DNA of 64,000 nucleotides from Spirochaetia bacterium (GCA_965261245.1 OZ253446.1:1233300-1297299); one strand, 5' to 3'. Counted from the first letter of the stretch, positions 17,726 through 27,112 are shown. Numbers and translations: made by a program. Notes: generated from the letters alone by a model not told the origin.

Positions 17726-19075
17726 TTACTGGCATATGCTGCTACTGCATGAGCCACTGACACAATCGAAATTGTTAAAGCAAGCACCTCCTGTCTCACG
17801 AAGGCACGTGCCAATACTACTGCAAGCTAGCGAGGTATTGCAATGGTCGTTAAGCCGGCAAATACTTCCGATCATGCCAGTGGTGCTCGTGCATATTAGA
17901 TTGGAAGTCACGGTGGCACATATCAACGGGCTGGTGCATTGAATATCCCTTTGGCAAGCACCTCCGGACACAACAGTACCCGCCTGACTGCATACCTGGC
18001 TACCAGACGCTCCGGTACATATCAAACTACCAACACATGCATCGTCGGTAGTACATGTAGCCCCGGCCGCTATCCCGCACGCACCGCTCCCGCATACCAG
18101 GGCACCGTCACAGTGGTCATCGTTACCGCACACACTCCCGCCCAGGCCAGTGCCTGCCGTACTGCATACCTGACTACCGGTTGCACCGGTGCATATCAAC
18201 GGGTCGGTACATTGGTCATCGTCACTGCACGCATCATCAGCCATGCCGGCAGAGCATGTACCAGACCCACAGGTCAAACTACCGGCGCAATCGTCGTTGA
18301 CGCTGCAAGCAGCACCGGCTATTGCCCCGCATGCTCCGTTGCCGCAAATCAGCGGGCTGGTACAGTGGTCATTGGTGCCGCACACACTTCCAGTGGAACC
18401 GGTGCCTGCCTGGCTGCATACCTGACTACCGGATGCACCGGTGCATATCAAATCACCAGCACATGCGTCATCGGCAGTACATGTACCGCCGGCAGCTATT
18501 CCGCACGCACCGTTTCCGCACACTAGCGGGCTGGTACAATGGCTATCGATACCGCAAACACTCCCGTTCGCACCGGTGCCTGCTTGACTGCATACCTGAC
18601 TACCAGACGCGCCCGTACATATCAGCGCGCCGGCGCATTGGTCATCGACACTGCATGCATTGCCCGCCGCTATGCCGCATATACTATCACTGCCGCAAAT
18701 CAACGGCGCGGTGCACTCATCATTGGCATTACACATATCCCCGACATTGCCCCCAGGGCCGCCAGAGCAGGCCCCGATTTCACACATCAGGCCATCCGCG
18801 CAATGGCTATCGATACCGCACAAGGTACCGACCATGCCGTTACCGGCTTGCCTGCATAGCTTGTTATCAGATGCTCCCGCGCATATCAGACCGCTGACAC
18901 ATTCGTTATCCACCGTACAGGCATCACCTTCGGCTACGTTACTCCTGCCGCCTCCTCCATTGCCGCTGGTAGCGGCATCACAGCCGGCTATAACCAGGGG
19001 CAGGGCAATGATTGCACATACGGCAATTATTGCACTACATACACCAATTCGCGGTGTGCGTATTATATTATACAT
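17726..19075 (-). CDS. Cys-rich tandem-repeat lipoprotein (8-Cys modules of about 55 aa)
   Basis: Lipobox LVIAGC. About eight repeats of C-x5-C-x5-C-x8-C..C-x5-C-x5-C-x4-C (e.g. CTADDACAGDLICTGASGSQVCSQAGTGSTGSVCGTNDHCTSPLICGNGAC). Confidence 0.75.
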   Translation of the reverse strand: MYNIIRTPRIGVCSAIIAVCAIIALPLVIAGCDAATSGNGGGGRSNVAEGDACTVDNECVSGLICAGASDNKLCRQAGNGMVGTLCGIDSHCADGLMCEIGACSGGPGGNVGDMCNANDECTAPLICGSDSICGIAAGNACSVDDQCAGALICTGASGSQVCSQAGTGANGSVCGIDSHCTSPLVCGNGACGIAAGGTCTADDACAGDLICTGASGSQVCSQAGTGSTGSVCGTNDHCTSPLICGNGACGAIAGAACSVNDDCAGSLTCGSGTCSAGMADDACSDDDQCTDPLICTGATGSQVCSTAGTGLGGSVCGNDDHCDGALVCGSGACGIAAGATCTTDDACVGSLICTGASGSQVCSQAGTVVSGGACQRDIQCTSPLICATVTSNLICTSTTGMIGSICRLNDHCNTSLACSSIGTCLRETGGACFNNFDCVSGSCSSSICQ

Positions 19076-19239
19076 AATTGTATACCTCTCTTTGTATATT
19101 TAGAAAATTTTTCTTTATAGTTGACAACGAACCGGACGGCCGTGATGTATGAATAATAGTTCTGGCAGCACTGCTGAGATGAGAGAAATATATTTTTAGT
19201 GAAAAAAGCGGTGTATTTAGTACACTATTTTTACTGACT

Positions 19240-19260
19240 GGGGGGGGGGGGGGGGGGGGG
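19240..19260. repeat. Homopolymer G21 (C21 on the coding strand of the downstream gene)
   Basis: Counted directly. Ends 164 nt upstream of ATG 19075 and lies downstream of the promoter at 19365-19394. Confidence 0.95.
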
Positions 19261-19364
19261 TAAGTAGTGGTATAATAAGGACATAAAGCGATAATTTTAT
19301 AGCATTATACACGCTTTCCAAACGTGATGCGGTGGCTTTACACGCTACACTACTCACAATATAT

Positions 19365-19394
19365 ATTATAGCATACATTTTCGGGGGCTGTCAA
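19365..19394 (-). promoter_or_regulatory. Consensus promoter TTGACA-N18-TGc-TATAAT for the Cys-rich lipoprotein gene (about 285-nt leader)
   Basis: Perfect -35 and -10 hexamers on the minus strand. Confidence 0.55.
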
Positions 19395-19433
19395 GAGTTT
19401 TTTTACAAAACACTTACTGCTCTCTTTGTATAA

Positions 19434-20666
19434 TTACGGCAGAGTCGATACGGCGCCGTATAACCCTCCTGTGTTATTTGTGCCGATCCCCACCGTTACC
19501 CATTGGGTATTGGCATAATGGACGGCTAATAGTTCGTTGCTTGTACCGCTTGTGTCTCTTGTCCACATCGCGCCGTCCGTACTGGTGATTATGGCTCCTA
19601 CCCGTGTTTCGTTGCTGTTTATATCGTATCCCACCGCTACCCATTGGCTGTCGGCATAGTGGACATCAAGCAGCGCGCCGCTGACGTCGTTTGTCTGTGC
19701 CGTCCATGTGATGCCGTCGGAACTGGTACTTATGGCTCCACTGGTATTCCCCAGGCCGTCTATGTTGTTTCCCACCGCTACCCATAGGGAGTTAGCGTAG
19801 TAGATATCCCATATTCCGCCGTTTATATTGCTTACCCGCCCTGTCCACGCGGCGCCGTCCGGGCTGGTGGTTAACTCTCCCGCGTCGCCCGCGGCTGCCC
19901 ACAGGGAGTTGCCAAAGTATACAGTTCGCAGCCTATCGGTGGTATTGCTGGTCTGCGCTGCCCACGTTGTACCGGTTGCGCTGGTTGTTATGGCCCCGCT
20001 GGTGATGTCTCCCATGCTGTCTGTATTGGTTCCCACCGCAACCCATAGGGAGTTATCGTAATGGACGGCCGAGAGGGTACCGCGGGTTATATTACTGGTC
20101 CCCGCCGTCCACGTCCCCGTGCCGTTTGCGCTGGTTGTTATAACTGCGTTATCGCCAACCGCAACCCATAGGGAGTTGGCGTAGTGTACGTCAGACAACC
20201 CGCCGGTTACACTGCTTGTCTGGGCCGTCCATGCGGTGCCGTTCACACTGGTGCTTATACCTGCGTTGGCATCTACCATTACCCACAGGGAGTTGTCGTA
20301 GTGGATATCGAGTATTGTCCCCAGTGCGTTTGTTGTCCGCGGCGTCCATTCGGCGCCGTCGGGACTAGTGGCGGCACTCCCGGTTCCCGCCGCCACCCAC
20401 AGGGAGTTAGCGTAGTGGATAACCCGCAGGAGGCTCCCGACAGTATTACTTGTCTGCGCCGTCCACGTAGCCCCGGTTTCATCGTCCTCAACCACCCCCG
20501 GGGGGCCTTGGGGACCTGTTGGACCCGTCGGGCCTGCTGGGCCTGCCGGACCCGCCAGGCCTGCCGGACCTGTTAAACCCACTGGACCAGCTGGTCCGAC
20601 GCAGGCGGTTATTAGTACTGCGCCGCCTAGCAGCAGCGCGGTTGCTATTCTCACTATTCTATTCAT
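19434..20666 (-). CDS. Lipoprotein with collagen-like G-X-Y stalk and BNR/Asp-box beta-propeller repeats
   Basis: Lipobox LITAC. GPAGPVGLTGPAGLAGPAGPAGPTGPTGPQGPPG stretch. About 9 repeats of W..TS....L..VHYANSLWVAVG....ITTS.DG..W. Start trimmed to ATG 20666. Confidence 0.75.
   Translation of the reverse strand: MNRIVRIATALLLGGAVLITACVGPAGPVGLTGPAGLAGPAGPAGPTGPTGPQGPPGVVEDDETGATWTAQTSNTVGSLLRVIHYANSLWVAAGTGSAATSPDGAEWTPRTTNALGTILDIHYDNSLWVMVDANAGISTSVNGTAWTAQTSSVTGGLSDVHYANSLWVAVGDNAVITTSANGTGTWTAGTSNITRGTLSAVHYDNSLWVAVGTNTDSMGDITSGAITTSATGTTWAAQTSNTTDRLRTVYFGNSLWAAAGDAGELTTSPDGAAWTGRVSNINGGIWDIYYANSLWVAVGNNIDGLGNTSGAISTSSDGITWTAQTNDVSGALLDVHYADSQWVAVGYDINSNETRVGAIITSTDGAMWTRDTSGTSNELLAVHYANTQWVTVGIGTNNTGGLYGAVSTLP
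20496..20597 (-). repeat. Collagen-like (G-X-Y)11 coding repeat
   Basis: Uninterrupted Gly-every-third-residue stretch directly after the lipobox Cys. Confidence 0.8.
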
Positions 20667-20672
20667 GCCTGT

Positions 20673-20702
20673 ATTGTAACCCATATGCACAAACAGCGTC
20701 AA
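20673..20702 (-). promoter_or_regulatory. Promoter TTGACG-N18-TACAAT, 6 nt from ATG 20666 (leaderless candidate)
   Basis: Hexamers and spacing read directly. No SD. Confidence 0.5.
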
Positions 20703-20777
20703 TATTTTAGAGGGGGATCGCCCCCCTCTCGTCGCCACCGGCCACGCCCAGAGAGAGTGCCCACCGGGGCACTACAG

Positions 20778-22724
20778 TTACTGTGCCGGCTGTCCAGGCA
20801 GTGAGTCGCCGTTTGCCCCGCACGTTACCCCGGCGGGAAACATCGAGCAGTCAAAATCAGTACCCGCACCGTCGTAGTCAGCATAGCGGAGCCGCGGTGC
20901 CTTACCTGCGGCAAAGATCCACGCGTTCAGGGTGTTGTCATCTGCGTTACTCCAGGTCGACCATGTTTCAACCCGCTTTTGAGACGTAGAAGTACACGAT
21001 GCCTGAGTGGTGAACCCCGAGTAGGTTACCCCGGTAGTTGCACCCGTCATCGGTGCCGAGCAGGTTGAGTCGCTTGTATCCCATGTGCCCGCTGTCTTTG
21101 CCGCCGGGGAAGGCGCGCCGCATGCTGTCTGGGTAGTATAAGTAGTGTAGTCTATCCCGGCCGTTGCCCCTGTCATCGGTGCCGAGCAGGCCGAATCGGC
21201 TGTACTCCAGGAACCGGCGGCGACGGTAAGTGTTGTTGCGGTACATACCGTCTCAGAAGTGTATGTGGGGTTACTGCACGAGGCCGCGTTGGCGGCAGTA
21301 AGCCCGGTAGCGGAGGTTATGCCCACGGGCTTTGGTGATACTCCGCCCGTCGACTCTTCGTTGGTAACTTCACCAAATCCGTAGGATCCGGTGATGGGTA
21401 CAAACAACACCATCAGAGAACCGGCACGGTCGTCGGTTCCTGCGCCGGCGTCTACATTCCCGGTGGCGTAACTGGCAGTGACAATATTCCCGCTTGTTTG
21501 TTGTAGCCCTGCCAATCCGCCGATAAAATCGTTATCGCCGTTTCCGTTGACGTTTCCAGTGGCGTAACTTGCATCGATAGAAGCACCAGCGTCGGTCCGC
21601 CCTACCAAACCACCGGCATTGTCAGCTCCCCCGTTGGCATCAATGTTTCCAGTAGTAAAGCTAGCAGTTACGGAGCCTGCTAGCACACCCACCAGACCGC
21701 CAATTCTGTCAACGTTCCTGCTACCTACAACGTCTCCGGTAGCATAGCTGGCAGTAATAGCACCATGTCCCAATGCTGCCAAACTGCCGATGTGGACGAA
21801 GCCGCCGCCTGACCCGCTATGGGCCACCAAACCACCCACAAGCCCAATATTACGGATATGCGACTCTGCACCGGCTCCCCCAAAAAAACCGATAAAACCC
21901 TGGTCACGAAGAATTGCCAGATTGCTAATTGTAAACCCATTGCCCTCAAAGATAGTATTAAAAGTATTGATACCATCACCAACCGGCTCCCACCCGCCGT
22001 CACTCACCACAAAGTAAGGCGCGGCGTCATCGTCGTCATCAAGGGATCCATCTGCTTCAACGGTGCTGCCGTCGTTGTCCAAATCAAAATCAAGGTTTTG
22101 CAGCAGCTCGTACCCGCACAGATAGACTCCGTCGGTTGCGGTGGTACAATTACTGGTTGGCGCAGTAGGGGCACCTGCGGTGCTGCCGCCATCGGTGCCG
22201 CTGGTTTTGTAACTGGTACCATCCAGGTTGTAACGCATGTTATGGAGTTCAGCTAATGTGTTAATATCAATGAGCCCATCGTTGTCATTGTCAACATCAA
22301 CGCTGTCTATTACGGAATCTCGATCGGTATCTACCGCGCATACGGTACCGGGACCAGCCGTGCCGTCCAAGGCGTAGCCCGTGGTACATTCCTGACATCC
22401 AACGGTATCGGGAGCTGCTGCTGCGTCGCTAATTGGCGTACCGTTTTCACATGTATACACTGAACCGCATGCGGTACCGGGGCCTGCTGTCCCATCCAGG
22501 GTATAGCCCGTAGTACATTCCTGGCATCCGACGGTATCGGGGGTTGATATTGTTCCGGCAACTGGGGTGCCGTTCTGACATATATAGGTATAGGATGGGG
22601 GGTTGGTTTCCTCTACCGGACACCCCGCTATCAGTAGTGCCGTACCGGCACAAATAATTACTGCACACGCACGTGCGCTTATTCTTACAAGAGCATTGCT
22701 CTCATTCTTTCGTATATTTTTCAT
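20778..22724 (-). CDS. GLUG-repeat lipoprotein, paralogue 1
   Basis: Lipobox LIAGC. Two Cys modules (C.NGTP...GCQECTTGY.LDGTAGPGT.C). Ca-binding-like DTDRDSVIDSVDVDNDNDG. Repeated IGGLVG...ASYATGNV units. Conserved C-terminal tail ..RLRYADYDGAGTDFDCSMFPAGVTCGANGD.LPGQPAQ. Confidence 0.8.
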   Translation of the reverse strand: MKNIRKNESNALVRISARACAVIICAGTALLIAGCPVEETNPPSYTYICQNGTPVAGTISTPDTVGCQECTTGYTLDGTAGPGTACGSVYTCENGTPISDAAAAPDTVGCQECTTGYALDGTAGPGTVCAVDTDRDSVIDSVDVDNDNDGLIDINTLAELHNMRYNLDGTSYKTSGTDGGSTAGAPTAPTSNCTTATDGVYLCGYELLQNLDFDLDNDGSTVEADGSLDDDDDAAPYFVVSDGGWEPVGDGINTFNTIFEGNGFTISNLAILRDQGFIGFFGGAGAESHIRNIGLVGGLVAHSGSGGGFVHIGSLAALGHGAITASYATGDVVGSRNVDRIGGLVGVLAGSVTASFTTGNIDANGGADNAGGLVGRTDAGASIDASYATGNVNGNGDNDFIGGLAGLQQTSGNIVTASYATGNVDAGAGTDDRAGSLMVLFVPITGSYGFGEVTNEESTGGVSPKPVGITSATGLTAANAASCSNPTYTSETVCTATTLTVAAGSWSTADSACSAPMTGATAGIDYTTYTTQTACGAPSPAAKTAGTWDTSDSTCSAPMTGATTGVTYSGFTTQASCTSTSQKRVETWSTWSNADDNTLNAWIFAAGKAPRLRYADYDGAGTDFDCSMFPAGVTCGANGDSLPGQPAQ

Positions 22725-22756
22725 AGTGTTCTCCTTCTAAAATATATTCTGTCAGT

Positions 22757-22786
22757 AGCATACCATGTTGTGCGATTTGGGTGCAA
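22757..22786 (-). promoter_or_regulatory. Promoter candidate TTGCAC-N18-TATGCT for GLUG paralogue 1 (leader with GGAG)
   Basis: Read on the minus strand. A homologous sequence lies upstream of paralogue 2. Confidence 0.45.
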
Positions 22787-22821
22787 GCCTTTCACACCGG
22801 GCGTGGGGGAGAGAGAGGGTA

Positions 22822-22845
22822 GGCACCGCCTCCTTTGGCGGTGCC
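22822..22845 (-). terminator. Hairpin GGCACCGCC-N6-GGCGGTGCC downstream of GLUG paralogue 2 (no U-run)
   Basis: Perfect 9-bp stem, flanked by short GA runs. An identical copy is at 24924-24947. Confidence 0.35.
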
Positions 22846-22883
22846 AGAGAGAGAGCGAGAGCCCCGTCGAGAGATACTGCGTG

Positions 22884-24836
22884 CTACTGTGCCGGCTGTC
22901 CAGGCAGTGGGTCGCCGTTTGCCCCGCACGTTACCCCGGCGGGAAACATCGAGCAGTCAAAATCAGTACCCGCACCGTCATAGTCGGCGTAGCGGAGCCG
23001 CGGTGCCTTACCTGCGGCAAAGATCCACGCGTTCAGGGTGTTGTCATCCGCATTACTCCAGGTCGACCATGTTTCAACCCGCTTTTGAGACGTAGAAGTA
23101 CACGATGCCTGAGTGGTGAATCCCGAGTAGGTTACCCCGGTAGTTGCACCCGTCATCGGTGCCGAGCAGGTGGAGTCGCTTGTATCCCATGTGCCCGCTG
23201 TCTTTGCCGCCGGGGAAGGCGCGCCGCATGCTGTCTGGGTGGTATAAGTAGTGTAATCTATCCCGGCCGTTGCCCCTGTCATCGGTGCCGAGCAGGCCGA
23301 ATCGGCTGTACTCCAGGAACCGGCGGCAACAGTAAGTGTTGTTGCGGTACATACCGTCTCAGAAGTGTATGTGGGGTTACTGCACGAGGCCGCGTTGGCG
23401 GCAGTAAGCCCGGTAGCGGAGGTTATGCCTGCGGGCTTTGGTGACAATCCGCCCCCCGACTCTTCGTTGGTAACTTCACCGAATCCGTAGGATCCGGTGA
23501 TGGGTACAAACGTCACCGTCAGGGCACCGGCACGGTCAATGGTTCCTGCGCCGGCGTCTACATTTCCAGTGGCATAGCTGGCGGTGATAGCAGCAGGGTT
23601 TGCTGCTTGTTGCAGCCCTACCAGCCCGCCGACCCGATCGTTACCCCCGTTTCCGTTGACGTTCCCGGTGGCATAACTTGCATCGATATAACCAGTAGAG
23701 CGGATCCGTCCTACTAACCCACCGGTATTGTTATCTCCTGTGCCGCCGGCAACGTTTGCAGTAGCAAAGCTAGCGGTAATGGCGCCGCTCAGATCGCCTA
23801 CTAGACCGCCAACCCTGTCGGCGTCTATGCCGACAACGCTTCCGGTAGCATAGCTGGCGATAACAGCACCGAACACATTTCCTACCAGGCCGCCGACGTT
23901 GGAAGGCGTGCCTGACCCGCCGATATGAGTAATCGAAGCGTCTACTGACCCAATATTACGGACATGCGACCCTGGATTGATTCCTCCAAATAAACCGAGG
24001 TCGATCTGGTCTCTACGAATTGCCAGATTGCTAATTGTAAACCCATTGCCCTCAAAGAGGGCATCAAAAAGATTGGTATCATCACCGATCGGATCCCACC
24101 CGCCGTCACTCACCACAAAGTATGGCGCGGCGTCATCGTCGTCATCAAGGGATCCATCTGCTTCGACGGTGCTGCCGTCTCCGTCCAGATCAAAATCAAG
24201 GTTTTGCAGCAGCTCGTACCCGCACAGATAGACTCCGTCGGTTGCGGTGGTACAATTACTGGTTGGCGCAGTAGGGGCACCTGCGGTGCTGCCGCCATCG
24301 GTGCCGCTGGTTTTGTAACTGGTACCATCCAGGTTGTAACGCATGTTATGGAGTTCAGCTAATGTGTTAATATCAATGAGCCCATCGTTGTCATTGTCAA
24401 CATCAACGCTGTCTATTACGGAATCTCGATCGGTATCTACCGCGCATACGGTACCGGGACCAGCCGTGCCGTCCAAGGCGTAGCCCGTGGTACATTCCTG
24501 ACATCCAACGGTATCGGGAGCTGCTGCTGCGTCGCTAATTGGCGTACCGTTTTCACATGTATACACTGAACCGCATGCGGTACCGGGGCCTGCTGTCCCA
24601 TCCAGGGTATAGCCCGTAGTACATTCCTGGCATCCGACGGTATCGGGGGTTGATATTGTTCCGGCAACTGGGGTGCCGTTCTGACATATATAGGTATAGG
24701 ATGGGGGTGGGGGGTTGGTTGTCTCTACCGGACACCCCGCGATCAATAGTGCCGTACCGGCACAAATAATTACTGCACACGCACGTGCGCTTATTCTTAC
24801 AAGAGCATTGCTCTTATTCTTTCGTATATTTTTCAT
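22884..24836 (-). CDS. GLUG-repeat lipoprotein, paralogue 2
   Basis: Same architecture as paralogue 1. Start trimmed to MKNIRKNKSN (ATG 24836), because the longer ORF crosses the terminator/promoter cassette. Confidence 0.8.
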   Translation of the reverse strand: MKNIRKNKSNALVRISARACAVIICAGTALLIAGCPVETTNPPPPSYTYICQNGTPVAGTISTPDTVGCQECTTGYTLDGTAGPGTACGSVYTCENGTPISDAAAAPDTVGCQECTTGYALDGTAGPGTVCAVDTDRDSVIDSVDVDNDNDGLIDINTLAELHNMRYNLDGTSYKTSGTDGGSTAGAPTAPTSNCTTATDGVYLCGYELLQNLDFDLDGDGSTVEADGSLDDDDDAAPYFVVSDGGWDPIGDDTNLFDALFEGNGFTISNLAIRRDQIDLGLFGGINPGSHVRNIGSVDASITHIGGSGTPSNVGGLVGNVFGAVIASYATGSVVGIDADRVGGLVGDLSGAITASFATANVAGGTGDNNTGGLVGRIRSTGYIDASYATGNVNGNGGNDRVGGLVGLQQAANPAAITASYATGNVDAGAGTIDRAGALTVTFVPITGSYGFGEVTNEESGGGLSPKPAGITSATGLTAANAASCSNPTYTSETVCTATTLTVAAGSWSTADSACSAPMTGATAGIDYTTYTTQTACGAPSPAAKTAGTWDTSDSTCSAPMTGATTGVTYSGFTTQASCTSTSQKRVETWSTWSNADDNTLNAWIFAAGKAPRLRYADYDGAGTDFDCSMFPAGVTCGANGDPLPGQPAQ

Positions 24837-24860
24837 ACTATTCTCCTTATTTTTATTTTC

Positions 24861-24890
24861 AGTATACCGTATTGTACGATTTGGGTGCAA
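24861..24890 (-). promoter_or_regulatory. Promoter candidate TTGCAC-N18-TATACT for GLUG paralogue 2
   Basis: Homologous to 22757-22786. Confidence 0.45.
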
Positions 24891-24923
24891 GTCTTTCACA
24901 CCGAGCGTGGGGGAGAGAGGGTA

Positions 24924-24947
24924 GGCACCGCCTCCTTTGGCGGTGCC
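24924..24947 (-). terminator. Hairpin GGCACCGCC-N6-GGCGGTGCC downstream of GLUG paralogue 3
   Basis: Identical to 22822-22845. Confidence 0.35.
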
Positions 24948-24985
24948 AGAGAGAGAGCGAGAGCCCCGTCGAGAGATACTGCGTG

Positions 24986-26782
24986 CTACTGTGCCGGCTG
25001 TCCAGGCAGTGGGTCGCCGTTTGCCCCGCACGTTACCCCGGCGGGAAACATCGAGCAGTCAAAATCAGTACCCGCACCGTCATAGTCAGCATAGCGGAGC
25101 CGCGGTGCCTTACCTGTAGCAAACACCCATGCATTTAGCGTGTCATCACCAGCGTCATTCCACGATATGGTTAGCCAGTTACTGGCAGTTTTGCTAGTAG
25201 TCTCACAAGCTGTCTGTGAAGAAAAGAGAGTATACGTAACGCCGGCAGTAGCGCCCATGGATGGGGGGGTGCAGTTAGGAGACGCCCATACACCTGCGGC
25301 TTTACTAGTGCTAGTACATGCTGCCTGGGTGGTGTAAATTGGACTATTGCACCCCGAAGCCTCAGTGTTGGCAAGGGTAAGCCCGGTAGCGGCAGTAACG
25401 CCTGTCGGTTTTGTCGATATACCGTCCCCGTTATTATTCGTTACAGTTCCAAATCCATAGTTGGCAATGCTATACGGACCAGGAATGTTGCCGGCGCTAT
25501 AAACTCCAATTAGACTGCCGGCCATATCAGAAAAACCTATGCCACCGTCAACCGCACCAGTGGCATAACTTGCTGTGATGGCGCCGCCAAGGAGGCCGCC
25601 CACCAACCCTCCGACATTATCAAAATCTCCACCATTACCATTAACAGCACCAGTTGCATAACTTGCTGTTATGGAACCTGTGTTCATCTCTCCGACTAAA
25701 CCGCCGACAAGCTCGTTTGCAAGACTCTCAGTCATACCGCCATCAACTGTGCTGGTAGAAAAACTTGCTGTTATGGAGCCTCCACGTAGATTCCCGACTA
25801 AACCACCGACAATACTCCTGCCTCCAGTACCCCCAACAATGTTGCCAGTAGTATAACTCGCTATAACAGAACCGTTGTTGAATCCCACCAGGCCGCCGGC
25901 AGCAGTATTAGATGCGGAGCGTCTATTGTTAACCAATACATCGGTAAATCCTATATTGCGAACAACCGCCGTCAAACTAGCGCTGCCAAATGGAGCAACG
26001 TTTACCAAATTACGATGAATAGCAATATTGGCAACGGTAAAGCCATTACCATCAAAAATAGCATTAAAGCTGTTGTCGACATCACCAATTGGCGTCCACC
26101 CGCCGGTGCTCGCTGTAAAGTAGGGAGCGGCGTCATCGCCGCTGTCGAGTGTGGGGCTAGCGGGGGTGCCGGTGTAGGTGCTGCCGTCGCCGTCAAGGTC
26201 AAAATCAAGGTCCTGCATTAACTCATACCCGCACAGTACTACTGTTGTCATAGCATCACCGTCGTTACAATTTGCAGGCTCGGTTGCCGATGCTCCAGTG
26301 GTATCGGCGGTAGCCGCAGCGCTGGTTTTGTAGCTGGCACCGGTTAGGTCGTAGCGCATGTTATGGAGTTGCTCTAGTGTCCATATCTCTATGAGCCCAT
26401 CATCGTCGTTGTCTATATCAGTATCGCAAGCATGGCCGTCTGTCTGGTCGTTTGCATTCGGTACATTGGGACAGGTGTCGTTGACATTTGCTATATTGTC
26501 GTTATCAGTGTCTACCAGGCACTCGGTGCCTGCACCAGCCGTACCGGTTAGGGCGAAGCCGTTAACACAAGATTGGCACCCCGTAGTGTCGGCAATAGTA
26601 GTGGTACCGTCAATCGGTGTACCATTTTCGCAGGTATATTTTGACTCGCTGGTGCCGCCGCCGGGGGCGCCGCCGTTGGTGTCAACGGGACATCCCGCTA
26701 ATACTGTTATCAGTGTAATTGTTGCCAACCCGGCAACGGCGGCTACACTATGCCGTGTTAAAAAATATTTTAGATTACTCAT
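24986..26782 (-). CDS. GLUG-repeat lipoprotein, paralogue 3 (more divergent)
   Basis: Lipobox VLAGC. One Cys module, DTD/DND Ca-binding-like runs, VGGLVG repeats. The last ~45 codons are nearly identical to paralogues 1 and 2. Start at ATG 26782 (MSNLKYF). Confidence 0.75.
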   Translation of the reverse strand: MSNLKYFLTRHSVAAVAGLATITLITVLAGCPVDTNGGAPGGGTSESKYTCENGTPIDGTTTIADTTGCQSCVNGFALTGTAGAGTECLVDTDNDNIANVNDTCPNVPNANDQTDGHACDTDIDNDDDGLIEIWTLEQLHNMRYDLTGASYKTSAAATADTTGASATEPANCNDGDAMTTVVLCGYELMQDLDFDLDGDGSTYTGTPASPTLDSGDDAAPYFTASTGGWTPIGDVDNSFNAIFDGNGFTVANIAIHRNLVNVAPFGSASLTAVVRNIGFTDVLVNNRRSASNTAAGGLVGFNNGSVIASYTTGNIVGGTGGRSIVGGLVGNLRGGSITASFSTSTVDGGMTESLANELVGGLVGEMNTGSITASYATGAVNGNGGDFDNVGGLVGGLLGGAITASYATGAVDGGIGFSDMAGSLIGVYSAGNIPGPYSIANYGFGTVTNNNGDGISTKPTGVTAATGLTLANTEASGCNSPIYTTQAACTSTSKAAGVWASPNCTPPSMGATAGVTYTLFSSQTACETTSKTASNWLTISWNDAGDDTLNAWVFATGKAPRLRYADYDGAGTDFDCSMFPAGVTCGANGDPLPGQPAQ

Positions 26783-26788
26783 GCCTTG

Positions 26789-26818
26789 AGTATAGTACAA
26801 AAATATTTTTCTTGTCAA
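26789..26818 (-). promoter_or_regulatory. Promoter TTGACA-N18-TATACT, 6 nt from ATG 26782 (leaderless candidate)
   Basis: Read directly. No SD. Confidence 0.55.
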
Positions 26819-26917
26819 TGATTTAATATTTTTTCGCTAGCGTATTGGGGGCTTCGACAGGCTCAGCCACCGGGGGGTTGGTAGACATCGGTAATGCGTG
26901 AAAACAGCAAATTCTCC

Positions 26918-27068
26918 GCGCTAGGCATGGGAAGGGTGGCGGGCGCGTTTGCGCCCGCCAGACGCCGCGGAGTTTCTGCCGGCATCTTTACTGCGTGAGG
27001 CGCGGCGGCCGAGCCCTGAGCACGCCGACCGCCGTGCGCGCGCAGCGTGCACGGGGGGAGCGCCCAGC
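26918..27068 (+). repeat. Family B repeat, copy B2
   Basis: Aligned by eye to B1. Preceded at 26852 by CTTCGACAGGCTCAG. Confidence 0.85.
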
Positions 27069-27106
27069 ACTATACCACCGCTTAACTTAACCCGCTAAAT
27101 ATCCGA

Positions 27107-27112
27107 TAAAAT
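27107..27112 (+). promoter_or_regulatory. -10-like TAAAAT, 6 nt from ATG 27119 (weak -35)
   Basis: Spacing matches the other leaderless candidates, but no good -35 is present. Confidence 0.3.

Noticed and set aside
22884-25031. N-terminally extended track ORFs (22884..25031, 19434..20738, 37038..38294, 24986..26818, 46640..47881, 53293..55230, 5507..7648, 4128..5510, 31983..32726).
   Set aside because: The extensions cross promoters, hairpins, repeats or the preceding gene. Internal ATGs give canonical N-termini (signal peptide or lipobox, HAD motif I, RecN MLEEL.., Rossmann motif).
20778-26782. A diversity-generating retroelement or silent donor cassettes as the source of GLUG central-region variation.
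   Set aside because: The window contains no reverse transcriptase, no template-repeat/variable-repeat pair with adenine-specific differences, and no promoterless cassette copies. Recombination among the expressed paralogues is the simpler reading.
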